DNA from: Cyanidioschyzon merolae
Taxonomy: Eukaryota
Direction: 5' to 3' (one strand)
DNA: 64,000 nucleotides
Assembly (NCBI GenBank): GCA_000091205.1
Contig: AP006486.2
Shown: positions 21,166 to 32,762 of the stretch, in pieces
Numbering within the stretch: the first letter of the stretch is position 1
Layout: each line of letters starts with the position of its first letter
Made by a program: the position numbers and the translations under genes
The notes under the pieces: generated by a model
Told to the model about the DNA's origin: nothing
The model's database searches: none
What the model saw: only the letters and a program-made list of their open reading frames with translations

Positions 21166-23009
21166 GCCGGAGGCCGAACTCCACTGACGCTGTTCGGAGC
21201 CTGTCAATGCTGGGCGAATACAGCGCTTCGGACACGGTTTGTTGCTAACGTCGATGCGCATAGGATGGGCGGGACCGGTCGAAGCCAGAGGCTCCCACGC
21301 TTGCCTTGGTGCGAATAGGAAGCGCTCATCCCCAGAGAGATATTTCGAGGAGAAGCAAGCACATTGGCTTTGTTGCTACTTGGTAGCAGCCTGAAATACC
21401 CGGGTCGCTTTCGGTTACCGTCTGTCCGTCTGTGGACTTCATTTTCGGATCTATTGTTGCTGTGATCACATCCGAATGATGCTCAACTGATAAAGTCACT
21501 CGGATGCCGCGAACCGCTCTCTGCGGTAAGGGTTGTATGATGCGCTAATCGAGTGAGCCAAGGAATCCATGCATGCAGCAGCAAGGTATGTCGCTTTTCA
21601 TGACGCATGACGCACTGGTTTTGCGTTATGCAAGCTGGTATTGCATGGCATTCGTGGAGATCCCAGGGATCATCGATATGACGTTGAGCGTCATGCACCG
21701 CACGGGTATGCATGGTGTAGATTGTCTCTGGTGGCTGGTGCCCGACATCATGCACCAGCCACGAGACGCTCCAGAGAGACTCCCCTGGTGGTGGAACGAT
21801 AGCGTCGCGTACGACGTAGCAGAGTCGGAACCTTCGCGTAGACTGCAGACAATCCGATATCCCTGTTATGTTGTGCACTTTACGCGAAATACTGCGCTCC
21901 ATGTATCCTGTTTGTCTTTCAGCTGTTCTCAAGCTGTGTTCATAAACACGGAATACCTTCATAGCAAGATACAGGGCTTGGATGTGTGCACGTCTGTAGA
22001 AGGCTCGCAATTCCGCCCAACTTTGCTGCATTCTTCAACCTCGCATTTTCGTCGAATCAAACGCAGCTTGCGAAAACCCGTGGCAGCAGACTTCGTGTCG
22101 CTCGCGTCCGGGTTACATGGTCAGCCCTTTCTATCACGAGGTTTGAAGACTTGAAAGCAAGTAGCGGAGACTGCTGGCGCAAGACATCAAACATGTTCGC
22201 GCGTATGAATGACTTGGCAAGCCCCGTGCCCAGCCTGACCTGGGCTCTTTCGTTCAGCTCAACGGTTTTCTAGCATAGGCAGCGACTTGAGCAAGCTACT
22301 GTTGTTTCGAGTGCACACTGCACGGCGAAGCGGTGTCAACGCCTATTACCATACAATCGCGCAACGTCACGGAGTGCGGGTTGATCGCTTTTGCTTTGCA
22401 CGAGTTGTACGTGAGCGGGCTTTTGGGCGAGCACCCTGGAACGCCTTCGCCCTGCACGTCTGTTGACTATCTATTCCTCGGTGTTGATGCTTGGACGACC
22501 ACACCAATGGAACAGAGACTTGACTCCAGTTATCCTATGCGTTCACCGCGCTATGCATTTGAGTCGCTTCAGGCGCGCGTTCTCAATTACAGACGACGGC
22601 ACCGTCGGAGTGATGCCGTTCCGCTCCCGGGGGAACACCCGAAAACGGAGGCTCTCGGCACGACGCTGTCGCCAAAGTCCGGCCACTGCCTCTCCAAGAC
22701 CCAGAACGCTGCGGTAAATACATCTACGACGAGAGCATATATTCTAGTACAGCATACTCACAACTGTCTCTGGAGGCACCATTTTGGGCAGTTCGCAGCC
22801 AACGTCTCCCTGCAACAGCAGCTGGGAGCAGCATCAAGCCACTGATAATGGCCTCGCGCCATTGGCCTCGAACGCCCAGGCGAATTCGCTTTGTAGGCGT
22901 GTGTGTGCTCAGGCGTATAGCACTTATCGATGAGATCATCTGTTGCGAAATTCGGTAGTTCAGTGAGATCCTTTGCAATCATAGACCAGTAGTTGCCTAC
23001 TGTGTTTTC

Positions 23010-24113
23010 ATGGAGTACCCCGAAGCGGACTCCCAGCCCCAACCAGAGCCACTCGACGTGGTGTTGCCTCGGGGGGCACCCCCGGACGTCGTTGGGCCGG
23101 TGGTCAACGGCCTCAGTTCCAGCGACTACTATTTTGCTTCCTATAGCCACTTTGGTATTCATGAAGAGATGATTAAAGACAAGACGCGGACGAAGACCTA
23201 CATGCGAGCGATCCTTGACAATAGGCACGTTTTTGATGGCAAGGTCGTCCTCGACGTCGGGGCAGGGACAGGTATTCTGTCGCTTTTCGCGGCTCGCGCA
23301 GGCGCAGCTAAAGTCTACGCTATCGAATGTGCCGACATTGCTCGACAAGCGCGCGAGATCGTAAAGGCGAACCATTTCGACCACGTAGTTGAGGTCATCA
23401 CCGGCCAGATCGAAGAGGTGCAGCTGCCGCGGGACCCACAAACGGGTGCAGAGCCTCTTGTCGATATTATCGTATCGGAATGGATGGGCTACTTTCTCTT
23501 CTACGAGAGCATGCTGCAAAGCGTTCTCTTCGCCAGAGATCGCTGGCTCAAACCTCGTGACGGGCATCTCTTTCCCGATGGCGCAACGCTCTACATCTGT
23601 GGGATCGAGGATGCTTCCTTTCGTAGTGAAAAATTCGATTTTTGGGAGAACGTCTACGGTTTCGATTTCTCGTGTGTTAAGCGGCTGGCGCTTACCGAGC
23701 CCCTCGTGGATTATGTGGACGTCGATCAGATCGTTACAGACACGTGCCCCGTGCTGCGGCTGGATCTGCATCGCCTCCAGCCGCAGGATCTCGACTGGAG
23801 TGCGCCGTTCCACATCACTGCAGAGCGAGATGACTTTGTTCATGCCTTTGTTGTGTTCTTCGACGTGCATTTCGGTGGGTGTCATCGACCGTTGACGCTG
23901 AGCACAGGGCCGTACGCTTCGCCAACGCACTGGAAGCAGACAGTGCTCTATTTGGATCGGGCGTTGCCGCTGCGAACGGGCGAGCGCATCGAGGGCACCC
24001 TTGCCTGTCGACGGAACGCACAGAATCCTCGCGATCTCGATATAGGTATCTCGTATCGCTTTCGGGGTTCGCAAATGAGCGCGAAGAAGATCCTCCGGTA
24101 TCAAATGCATTGA
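23010..24113 (+). CDS. PRMT1: Type I protein arginine N-methyltransferase (PRMT1-like)
   Basis: 'DYYFASYSHFGIHEEMIKDKTRTKTYMRAI', the motif I 'VLDVGAGTGILSLFAARAGA', the post-I 'YAIECA', the double-E loop region 'IIVSEWMGYFLFYESML' and the THW loop 'ASPTHWKQTVLYL' cover all PRMT1 signature motifs in order. The protein is 367 aa. Confidence 0.92.
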   Translation: MEYPEADSQPQPEPLDVVLPRGAPPDVVGPVVNGLSSSDYYFASYSHFGIHEEMIKDKTRTKTYMRAILDNRHVFDGKVVLDVGAGTGILSLFAARAGAAKVYAIECADIARQAREIVKANHFDHVVEVITGQIEEVQLPRDPQTGAEPLVDIIVSEWMGYFLFYESMLQSVLFARDRWLKPRDGHLFPDGATLYICGIEDASFRSEKFDFWENVYGFDFSCVKRLALTEPLVDYVDVDQIVTDTCPVLRLDLHRLQPQDLDWSAPFHITAERDDFVHAFVVFFDVHFGGCHRPLTLSTGPYASPTHWKQTVLYLDRALPLRTGERIEGTLACRRNAQNPRDLDIGISYRFRGSQMSAKKILRYQMH

Positions 24114-25384
24114 CAAGGCGACAGCGGCGCAGTAGGCGTGTGCGCACACAGGTTGCCATGCGAACCCCCGGGGGCGAACTGCATCACTGTCGCGAGAATT
24201 GACCGCAAATTGCGATTCCGTTTCGCGGGTCATTGAGCCGGGAAAGGGAGCCTCGATATCCCCGATGATCAGCTGTGGTTAGGTATGGATCGCACGTGGT
24301 GCTACGTCACGGATGACGCGTCTGGTCTTTCGTAGCGCAAAAGGGCACAGCATCCTCGTTCGGGTGAATGCCGCGTTGGTATTGCTGTATTCCAGCCCGT
24401 GGAAGTTGCGGATTGCGTTCGTTCGTGGATGGAGGCGGTGTACTCGTTCGCGATGCTCATGGTCGATGTTCGTCGGTGAGAGAGAGAGTTGAGATCAGCG
24501 TTTCACCAGCGTCTTGCATGGCGTGCAGCAACGCCACATGCCCCGAGCGTTTGCTCGAAGAAGAAGAATAGCCGTTCTTTGCGTATATACGCACTGGGTA
24601 AACGAGCGAGCAGATGCATGATTTCTGGTCCAGTGGTAATCACTTGAACCCGCTCGCGCCCGGCAGCGGAGTCGAGGCTCGTAAGCGCCACTGCGCCCTG
24701 CTCTCGTTTGCGTGCCTCATTTCATGCGAGTCCAGGTGCGGCTTTTTGGTGCCTGTGAATGCGGCGACCTCGGTGATAGACACTGGTGTATGCTGGGCGT
24801 TCCTTGACGCAATCTGTGTCAGCGGAGCGTCGTAGAAGGTATCGAGCATAGAACCTGCCTCCGAAAGTTAAAACTCATTTGATTTTTCATCCCGAATTCG
24901 TGATGAGAATCATATGAGCGCGTGACACAGCGTATGGAGTCACCAAGTGCGTCTAACCGGGGGAACGGTGACGCAAGTCAAATATCCGAGTCCAAGTTGA
25001 GCCGTATGCCTTCCGAAACCTTTTTCGGTTTGATTTCAGACCCAGGCAAGAGCGAACGATCACGCGCCAAAGAATGAAAGCGCACCAGCGTGGTTCTGTG
25101 GGCTCTTTGACGGGAATAGATGCCTCCAAAGTCGCCACTGCCGTCGCTGAAGCATAGCGTCGCGTTATAGACTGGGCACGGGACTGCGTAACGTCCAGGT
25201 TTTAGGGCTCGTAGCAGGTATTTCCAAGCCTGGCCGGATCGAACATTCCTAAGTAAACCGCACCATATCAAGAAAAAGAGATCGTCCTGATGACAAGCGG
25301 CATATCCAGCTTTGATCGAGCTCAGCTCCACATGTCGAATCATGGAATGCCATGATTGCTCTTCATTATCCACAGAGCATCGTT

Positions 25385-27252
25385 CCCAGTGCGAACAGGC
25401 TGCGCTCCATGCATCTGGACTGCTGAACCCGAACATACCGATACTTCGAACCAGGCGCCACGCGAATGCCCATTGCATTGACCACTGATGTTTCATAGCG
25501 GATGTCTACAGCAATTCAGTACAATGCCAATGAAGCGTACGAAACAAGTCCCTGGAGAGCTCGCTCGACGCCGTGCGATCAGGCGCTGTGGAGACATTCC
25601 ATATTTCTGGATGCTGATCGAGGCACTACTACCTCGATGCAGCAAGTGCTTGCGCACTCGGTTGCTCGTGGAATCACACCACAGAAGCCGTCCGACTTTC
25701 CATTGCCTGGCCAGCTGGGGTTTCGGCACCTTCCCGTCCAGCATCTCGTGCGACTAGCTCTGATGAAGGCACATCTTCTGTGACTGGTACACCGGGTACC
25801 GATATTCCCCGTGCGTCAATGGCTTTCTGTACGCATCGGAGGCAATCGTACGGAATCTATTCCGTCACACACACACACACACCTCAATGGAACGCTCTGA
25901 CCTACAGGCAGGAGTGCTGCCTCTGCACCGCACAACACATCCAGTGCTGTACGCTACGGCACAATGACACGAACGCTCGGTCACTTGCTTTCGCTACTCA
26001 TGGACGCAGCTGGTGAACGCTCACTCCTTGCCTCCGTCCAACAGAAAAGAGACCGTTGCCGAGCCCGACGCAGTCGTATGTCCCCCGGCTCGAAAAATCG
26101 TCTGCATGAGGAATGAACGCTTCTGCACAGTCCCTGAATGGAGCGTACGAAGCATCCGCCGCTGCTCGATACGGTGCTCAGGGCGTCGAGACGGGCCCAG
26201 ACACAGTCATGCTGCTGGCTCGTTTGCATGCTGGCGAGCATTCGGAACCCCGGCGCAGGTGAAAAGCATCATGTGCTTGCACGACTCTCCCGAGGAAAGT
26301 GCACCTAAACACTGCGTCGGTCGCCGCTGTCCCTGGAGAGCTCTCCCCGTGTACCCCTATTCATCGAGATACGAGGAGCAAGGCCCGCCAATGCATTTCG
26401 TAAAGCAGCTCGAATGCTGCACACGTGCTCCCAGAGACTAGCAGTAGACCTCTCGCAGCGCAGTGCATCCAGTAGCCAAGTATCTGTGGGCACGGAATGG
26501 GCCCTGCAGCGACGCCCCGGGAGCGCCGCCAACAGCTGCCGTTGGGGGCTAGCGCACTCGAACTCCGGGCATCCATCTGCGCTGGGCTGGGGAGCGCGCT
26601 TCAGGAAAGCGTCGTCGCGTGAGCTACGGGCAAGGAACGCAAGCATCCCATTCCAACCGTGTTACGGGCATGACGTTCGTGGATCCGAGGCCGCGAGCCG
26701 CACCAAGCGCTTCATCGATCCGAAGCGACACTCGCTCCGATCCCGACGTTTCTTCTGAGGGTTTTCTCTACGAGCTCGGGCTCTTCCGCCGCCAGCAGCG
26801 AGTCACTCGCTTTCATCGACATTGCGAGAATCGCCTGCACCAGCTCCGACTTTCCTGGTCCGTTATGCTCGGGATGATCATGCCCACAGGTTGTGCTTCT
26901 TAGAGGACTGGTCATTGGTGAGCGTATGCTTTTGCGGTGTTTTTCTGAGGATCATTGGACGCTTCTCGGCACATCCGTCGTAGACGTTTTCTTCGATCGC
27001 CGATGTGGTGCTGCGACGCCAGGGGGCACTCTGAGCAGCGAAAATGCAAATCCCTGATCCCACGATCAGTGCGTATTGCATCTCCTGCCCGTGCATCAAC
27101 TGTGTTACCAGGTGAATGTTTGACAGAAAAATCCAGCAGAAGAAGAGGGACAGCTGGCAACCCTGCGTTGGGATCCCCACGAAGCAGCTGCCTGACGAAG
27201 CATGTCAAGGCGAGTGCATCTAAGCGAGCCGTCCTCGGGTAAGAGGCTATCC
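25385..27252 (+). repeat. Dispersed direct repeat, copy A (~1.87 kb), near-identical to 47713..49663
   Basis: The six-frame ORF products inside it are identical or near-identical to those in copy B; for example 25488..25757 equals 47814..48083 and 26013..26441 roughly equals 48339..48767. Both boundaries are readable by eye, from 'ccagtgcgaacaggctgcgctccatg' to '...cgtcctcgggtaaga.gctatccaa'. It contains a (CA)7 microsatellite and one unit of the 42-bp VNTR. No recognisable protein domain is encoded. Confidence 0.85.
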
Positions 27253-29420
27253 AAACCCTGATGTTGTCCCGTGCCTCTCAACTTTGCTGGTATCAACGGC
27301 TCTGTCATGTATCCAGTAGCCTAAAAGTGACCTCTGACATCGGATAACACTCATCGGACTAGACTGACCCATGGAGCATTGGCTGGCACGAACTGCAGCT
27401 GAACGCCAATCGCAGTTATGTGTTCGTTGACGGCCTTTGAGTCATGGAAAGTGATACGGTCTTTGGGCACATCAGAATCATGTGAGAAGTAGAAGCCATA
27501 AAATGTATCGACGAAGGATGAGGTGTTGCAAGGTCCTCCCGTTTCACGATGCGTTTGCGGCGACGAGATCAATCGCCTCTGAACCTGATGTTGTCGGCAT
27601 GCTCGTCTGGCGCTTCCCCGCAAACGGCGATTCACCCGCGCTTGGGTACCCGTCTGCAGCTCTACCACATTTCCGAATAAAATCTTACGGAGTGAGACGC
27701 GCACTCGTTCCACATGCTGTAATCGCTTGTGTTGCATTTTGTAATGAACAGGGCGTGTTGCTGAACACGTGATTGTCTCCAATAGAGGTGCGCCCCGTAA
27801 AACGAGGAATGTTTCACAACCAGAGTCTATGTATGTACACTTAGTCAAAGGGCGCTTCCGAGCCATTCTCCATCGGCCTGTGTGCTATCGGATTAAGTTT
27901 CATTCGACGCACACATCGAGCGTCAGAGCTTGCCCCACAAAGTTAGATCGCCTCAGTTCTCCGGGGCTCGTATGCTGCACCATACATCGACTCACGAACA
28001 ACATGCGTGCGTTGTCGCTGGTGGAATTCATCATTACAGGGAGTCGTCGAGCTCGCGCCCTATGAGCCACTACAGTCTCGTCATCGCCCCGTCGGGTGAA
28101 CAGCTGTTCCGGCCTATCTATTTTCTTCTTCTTCGTCACTTGTTCTTCTGCGCTCGATGTTTGGCAATGAGGGATTTTTCCGTTCGTTTTCGACAGGCGG
28201 CGATGGCGGCGCTCCGGGATCCCCGAATTCCCTGTGCATAACTTTCCCTTGGAATTTTTATTTCTTCAAAATGAACCGAAATCTATATTTCCGTAGCTGC
28301 GGACCTTCTTGGAGTTTCAAGGACTCGCAGGTGAATGACGAAAAATGCACCAGTGCGCCACCGAGCTGAAGACTTCAGCGCTTCGCCGGATTGAACAATC
28401 ATTACTTTTCCCGATAGAAAGCACGCCCTCTATGGGGTTGAATCACGGTGCGTGTGTGTGTGTGGAGGAATAAACAGACGCTCTAGCCCCGACAGCATCA
28501 GCGAAAGCTCGAACACAAGCGGAATCGCACCATACCACATTGTCAAATGCACGGACGTTGTCAGATGTCGGGTGAAAAGTCTTCTATGATTCGACAAAGT
28601 CATTGGTGCTGTTGTGTGAGCCTTTCCTGCGAGCAAGACCGCGGCAACCTCATTGATGCACTGCTGCACAAAAGAACACGATAATGTCCTGGTTCTCTTC
28701 GAGTTCGATCGCACATACAGCGGACTCCTTCACCTCGAAAACATATAAACGCTCGGAAGATTTTGTTTGAAGGAAGCCTCATCGACTGAAAAAACATACT
28801 GACGTGCCTCTGCTTCATAGCGAAGGCGACTTTCCACGAACGCTCTAGTTTCGATTTCGATGCAAGATGGCCGTGAGTAAACTACGAATTACTTATTGCG
28901 ACTATATTCCGGGGTTTCCGGGACCACACGAACACGCTGTGGAGAAGCAGAGACGCCCGTTGCGACTGCGAACTTCGCTTTCGCTTTCCGTAAGGCGATC
29001 AACGGGTAGTTTTTCTATCATTGGCAGCAAGTAATCCGTGAGCATATCGGTTTTCTGCACGCAACGCATATTCTTGTTTCTTTCAGTTTTCCCCAAACAT
29101 CAGAATCCTGTGGTATGACTGATCTACAGGAGGAATGTAGCGCACCTTGCTCTGCTCCGTAAAGAATCTACCCTACGGGCAATTCGTCGACGATCTAAAC
29201 ACCACACTGCATCGTGATGTCAATCTCTTGCTCTACACTCCGAAAAAGCACTCGGTTACACCTAGTGGGATTGCAGCAACAGCGAGTTGATAGACATTAA
29301 AAGTGTCTCGTGAGAAGCTAGGATCTTGTGCCCGTTCACGAGTAATGCCCGCACATCTGGCGACTTTCCAACAGTCGGCGAAACGCTTTCCCACATCAGC
29401 ATGCACCAGCGCTGCGTCTC

Positions 29421-30446
29421 ATGGACGATCCGCAGAAGCGGGCAAATGGAATGGACTGGGGCGTTGCTCGCTGGCGGAGCGAGGGCTCGCGGAGGGACTC
29501 GCTTGGCCCCAGTTCTCTAAACCTGATGAAATCCCTGGTGCTTGAAACTACTTTTGTACAGCCTGCACAAGCTCATCCCTTCACCGTTAGGAAGCAAAGA
29601 CCAAGCGCTTGTTGTCCGTGGTACGGCGCCAGCAGCGCAACGCGGCTACTGCGCAGAAACCTGCACCGACGCCCAGGAGCTTTCGTGCTACACCTCAGCG
29701 CGAAAAAGGTTCGTGAGCTGGTACGCATCCGGTTGTATCCTTCAGACTTGAGTTTTCGCTGGAACGCGTGTCGCTTCTGTTTCTGGTTAAAGTGCAGGTA
29801 TGGGGTGGCGATGCGGCCTCCGTTTCCTGAGGTCTTCAACCATATCGATGCGGCTATGAAAGAAGCATTTCATGGGAGAAACCTTCGCTCGGTCGCAAGT
29901 ATCCCAGATGATTGGCCAGACGGAACCATCGACTGCTCCTCCGCGATCGAAAACGTGCGCTCACAAGAGTTCGAGGTGACGACGCACGCGTGGGTACGCT
30001 TCACGATCACAGGTCGACTTGATGGGCTCATCCGCTTCCAAGATGAGACGCTGGGTGTCCTGGACTTTAAGGTTTCTCGGGCGGAGACATCCAAACTGCA
30101 GGAAACGTATGCGATGCAGTTACATGCGTATGCTTTTGCACTGGAGAAAGCCGCGAACCTCCTCGATGCCGATGACACGAGCATAGCACCGGTGCCTCTG
30201 CCTCCAGCGGTGCCTCGGCTTGCGCTCATCGTTTTCCGACCCGATGGATATGAGCTCTTACCGTCGAGTCACGAGAGCTGTCTCCGAGGCCAGACGGAGT
30301 TCATTCCCATTGAGCGGGATGATGAAGGCTTCTACGCACTCTGCCAAGAGATCGCTGCATTGTTTGAGCGCCCCGAGCCGCCGGCCCCGAGCAAGCATTG
30401 CGAAACCTGTAGCTTTTACGCTGCTCGCTATCCATTTCAGTCCTAG
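29421..30446 (+). CDS. PD-(D/E)XK nuclease-superfamily protein, Cas4/RecB/EXO5-like, with cysteine clusters
   Basis: The nuclease motifs occur in order: 'ITGRLDGLI' (motif II Asp), 'LGVLDFKVS' ((D/E)xK) and 'YAMQLHAYAFAL' (QxxxY, typical of RecB-family nucleases). The catalytic core is flanked by Cys clusters 'CRFCFWLKC' (N-terminal) and 'CETC' (C-terminal), reminiscent of the Fe–S cluster of Cas4/AddB/EXO5. The call rests on motifs only. Confidence 0.5.
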   Translation: MDDPQKRANGMDWGVARWRSEGSRRDSLGPSSLNLMKSLVLETTFVQPAQAHPFTVRKQRPSACCPWYGASSATRLLRRNLHRRPGAFVLHLSAKKVRELVRIRLYPSDLSFRWNACRFCFWLKCRYGVAMRPPFPEVFNHIDAAMKEAFHGRNLRSVASIPDDWPDGTIDCSSAIENVRSQEFEVTTHAWVRFTITGRLDGLIRFQDETLGVLDFKVSRAETSKLQETYAMQLHAYAFALEKAANLLDADDTSIAPVPLPPAVPRLALIVFRPDGYELLPSSHESCLRGQTEFIPIERDDEGFYALCQEIAALFERPEPPAPSKHCETCSFYAARYPFQS

Positions 30447-31283
30447 ACGAGCGATTGCAGCGGGGCCTCTCTAACCGACGCAGGTACTGGATGTCAATAG
30501 CGTGATGTGCGACAATTCATGTGCGGTTGCGAGAGTGCATGCGTACAAGTATCGTGGACTTGCGGTTGGGAATGCGGGTACGCATTTCCAAGAAACGCAG
30601 TACGCAAACACGAGCATGTGCCTTGACGGAGATTCAGACGAGAACGCATGATTCCCGGGTCCGTGAATAGAGCCTGTCACATTCTAGAGTGGACACGACA
30701 GCTGCCCGCATACACGGCGTATGGAGCTGGACTTGTCTCCATCATAGCAAGGCAGAAACAGGAAAACAGAGATGAATGATGCGCTTTGCGTACGGGAACA
30801 AGCAGGCTCAAGAGAAGTGTTCCTCCAACAGCTGGACAGCGCATGGAAGGGAGCACTGCTGGACATCTGCGTTCCAACCTGGGCCGCCCGTCGTCTTGGC
30901 AAACGACCAGCGGCCGTGGAGCTCGCCAACAACAACCATCTCTATGCGCACTACAATATCGGGCGATGTGCTGCAAGATATGCCACCAGTACCCGTTGGA
31001 AACGGAACGTGCATCCGTGTCCGGTCTCAACTTGAAAGCGTCTTCCCAAAAGACGTTGCTGAACGCCGACATACGCACCAGACACAATCGGAACTGGTGT
31101 TCCTAGACGTGCGTCGGACTACATGGTCAGCTGTCTGATCGTCCGGACTCAACAAACCTGCTCTTCAGATACGAAACGAATAGAGTCACCAGTTCGAAGC
31201 GCCACGCAACGATGCGATGCTCTGAGGCATCTCCAGTGAACATTCGTTGGTCGATAGCGGAGCGTGCACGCGCCGCGAGGGTC

Positions 31284-32762
31284 TCAACTGGAAGCTGAGA
31301 CCTTTTGCTCACATAAAACGCGTACCGTCCAGGGCGATAATTCACAAAGATTGGTGGCATCGGGATTGAGCAAGTCGCAGGGATACGCGTGCTGGTAGTG
31401 AACCGCCTCATCCGAGTAATTCGCTGCAATGTGCAGATGCCGGATAGCGTCGCAATCACCGGGCGCCCGGTTATCCAGGTACCAATTCCAGGTGATGATT
31501 CGCCAGTGCTGCATCGGGCCCTGGTCGCTGTAGACAAACCTGCCCTTCCTGAGAATAGGCAACATCAAGATACGATGTAGGCGATCATAAAAACCTGTTT
31601 GAGCGGAGCTTACTGAACGCTCGGGCTCTGCCGCAGCTCGACGCAGGTGCACATCGAGACGTGCACGACGACCTTCGGACTGGCCCCAGAATTCGAGGCG
31701 GATTCCCGGCAGCAGAAAGCTCAGCGCCGCAGCGGCGTTTGCGACACGAACGTCACCGAAATGGCTTGCGGCCCGCGGCTCATCGTGATTCTCGACAAAG
31801 TGTACACAACGAGCGTGAAATTCTGCCGAGCGTTCTCGTAGGTAGCCTCGCAATCGATCCAAGTGCCGCTGGTGGAGCAAGTCATACAGTTTCTTATCGT
31901 ACGTGGCATCGAATCCGAGAGCTTGCAGTCGCTCCTCATAATCCCAGTACACTTCGGCGAGGAAAAGAAAGTCGGGGCGACGCTGACGCACTGCAGCAAT
32001 GGCCTCTTCCCAGAACTCTTTGTTGTCCGGAGCAGGTCCAGCGGTTTCAACTGCTGCTGCGTCTCTCCAGCTCCATTCGAAAACATCGTTGAGCACCATC
32101 ATCGCCATATCGGCCCGTATGCCATCGGCCATATCTGCGATGCGACAGAGCACTTGGCACTGATGCTGCCGCAGCGCCGGCTCGCGATAGTTGAGCTGGG
32201 CTGTGTCAGGCCACGGGCCACAGTATGGATCCCGGCCTGCGAGCCGCTGGTGGTGGCGTTCCTGGAACCGCTCTAATTCGCCCTGTTGAAGGTTTTGCCA
32301 ATGCCTGGTGGCGGTTTCGGTGACCGGTGGAAGCGCTTCAGCGCCGTCCATGCTATGTAGAAAAAAGCGTTCCGGCCAGGGGCAGTCACGCGCCATGTGA
32401 TTGGGTACAAAGTCCAGCAATAAACGCGTTGGATGCAGGCGCTCACGAAACCTCTTTAGTGCATCATCGCCGCCTAGCTCCGCGGCGACGCGATAGTCGT
32501 AGATCGCATACGGCGAACCGACAACGTCATCCTCGGTCCAGCCAGGAAGTACCTGGTCGTAGACGGCACGGCGCTCAGGGAGGCCACGATCGAGTTCGAC
32601 TCCCAGTTTGCCCGTCTGCCAGACGCCCTGCAACCATACGTAGTCGAACGTGCGGAGATAGTTTAGGGCAGCGTCGGGTACCCCGTCCAGCCCGCTATGT
32701 CCGACTCCAAGCGCATAGAGCCAGGCCCGGGCGGGTATCTCGAGCACCAATGTACCACCCAT
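31284..32762 (-). CDS. Alpha-amylase-family glycoside hydrolase (GH13)
   Basis: All four GH13 conserved regions occur in order: I 'LLLDFVPNHMA', II 'GIRADMAMMV' (nucleophile Asp), III 'FLFLAEVYWDY' (acid/base Glu) and IV 'FVENHDEPR'. The protein is 492 aa with no obvious signal peptide. Confidence 0.8.
   Translation of the reverse strand: MGGTLVLEIPARAWLYALGVGHSGLDGVPDAALNYLRTFDYVWLQGVWQTGKLGVELDRGLPERRAVYDQVLPGWTEDDVVGSPYAIYDYRVAAELGGDDALKRFRERLHPTRLLLDFVPNHMARDCPWPERFFLHSMDGAEALPPVTETATRHWQNLQQGELERFQERHHQRLAGRDPYCGPWPDTAQLNYREPALRQHQCQVLCRIADMADGIRADMAMMVLNDVFEWSWRDAAAVETAGPAPDNKEFWEEAIAAVRQRRPDFLFLAEVYWDYEERLQALGFDATYDKKLYDLLHQRHLDRLRGYLRERSAEFHARCVHFVENHDEPRAASHFGDVRVANAAAALSFLLPGIRLEFWGQSEGRRARLDVHLRRAAAEPERSVSSAQTGFYDRLHRILMLPILRKGRFVYSDQGPMQHWRIITWNWYLDNRAPGDCDAIRHLHIAANYSDEAVHYQHAYPCDLLNPDATNLCELSPWTVRVLCEQKVSASS

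Noticed and set aside
22758-24233. 491-aa ORF on the minus strand
   Set aside because: It lies fully antisense to the very well-supported PRMT1-like CDS (23010..24113), and its product has no recognisable motifs. Long antisense ORFs are expected in GC-rich coding DNA because stop codons are AT-rich.
26700-26920. Walker-A-like peptide 'HPEHNGPGKSELVQAILAM' (ABC-ATPase-like) on the minus strand of the dispersed repeat
   Set aside because: It is an isolated ~20-aa resemblance in a 67-aa ORF with no Walker B, signature or Q-loop nearby. This is insufficient to call a gene or pseudogene. It is mentioned only as a possible relic.
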